This document shows positions 1 to 64,000 of a stretch of DNA of 64,000 nt, one piece after another. The stretch comes from Lytechinus pictus. Its lineage: Eukaryota. A program made the translations under genes and the position numbers. How positions within the stretch are numbered: the stretch's first letter is position 1; each line of letters begins with the position of its first letter. The notes beneath the pieces are model-generated. The model saw only the letters and a list, made by a program, of their open reading frames with translations, made no database searches and was not told where the DNA came from. The DNA lies in assembly GCF_037042905.1 (NCBI RefSeq), contig NC_087245.1, positions 12,276,001 through 12,340,000 of the forward strand, written 5' to 3'.

Positions 1-520
1 TGTTGCTCAGAATTACTAAGCACTCAGCAAATTACATATCCTAGATGACCAAATCAAGTATCACAATTCATGTATACCTAATCACTCATACACAATCTAG
101 GACCTACAAGGATAGTCTTGGGATCATAAAAAAGAAAGAAGTTTAATTACTCAGTATTTATTAAGCATGGCTCATATCTCATATAAATGGCACACTTTTT
201 TTCTTTGCTCTGGCTGACTGTGAGCAGTTAATAGAACACATAGACTTACTTTTACACAGAACCACAGAATCAAATCATCTTTTAGATGCTCTATCACAAC
301 ATGTGCATGAATATCAAATGTGGATATCTGTTCTTTTAATAATTCCCAATGAAAGCAATATCACGCATATCCACTTTAGAATTACGAATTTTATCAACAT
401 ATGATCACATTTTTATGATATTTCATCAACATATCACGGAGGGAAGCTTACAATGACTATGTATTTCATCTTTCTTAACAATGGTGTTTTATCTTGAAAA
501 TGAAATCTTAGTGCTCTTAC

Positions 521-63618
<63,098 letters not shown>

Positions 63619-64000
63619 CTATAAGAATATCGATAGATAGCATTAAGTGGGTATTGAAACAGTATCAAAGACTTGAGAGAACATTGTGAGAGTATGATAT
63701 AAGAAATCTAAGCCAAGACGAGCTATGTAAATGAATAATTTCATATAATTTACTTAAATATCTTGAAACAAACACAAAAATGAGTGAAATATGTTAGGCA
63801 GGTAACAGAGATTATGAAAATAAATCCTCACAATTGATTGTATAAAAGTTGTTCTACAATCACTACTAAGCTTTTGTTACAAGGCTCAGATAGACATTTC
63901 AAAACAGCTGTTAGAAGAATCAATAAAAGTCTGGCTCAGATTCCAGTGCACATCCCATGGTCATTACTGCTTGAGACATTTATCTTTTTAATCTGTAATC

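Overview
This is AT-rich eukaryotic animal DNA. The SINE, MITE and Helentron families point to a sea urchin or another echinoderm, which is an inference. The whole window lies inside one minus-strand axonemal inner-arm dynein heavy chain gene (DNAH7-like). I traced 45 exons with continuous reading frame from the linker through AAA1-AAA4, the stalk/MTBD, AAA5 and into AAA6; both gene ends lie outside the window. One intron (9960-34998, ~25 kb) is far longer than the rest. It holds three intronless class A GPCR genes (Moody/Tre1/GPR84/melatonin-receptor-like) on the opposite strand. These sit in a sharply bounded CpG-rich block (~11.1-30.0 kb) inside an otherwise CpG-depleted gene body. The introns also carry non-autonomous Helentron (HINE/DINE-1-like) elements whose tandem units contain DR1+DR4 nuclear-receptor half-site arrays, several MITE families, SINEs and nested insertions. 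Smaller oddities are a GC-AG intron and a triplicated splice acceptor. The best candidate for an undescribed system is the nested antisense GPCR cluster in its CpG-rich island; any function for it is inference only.
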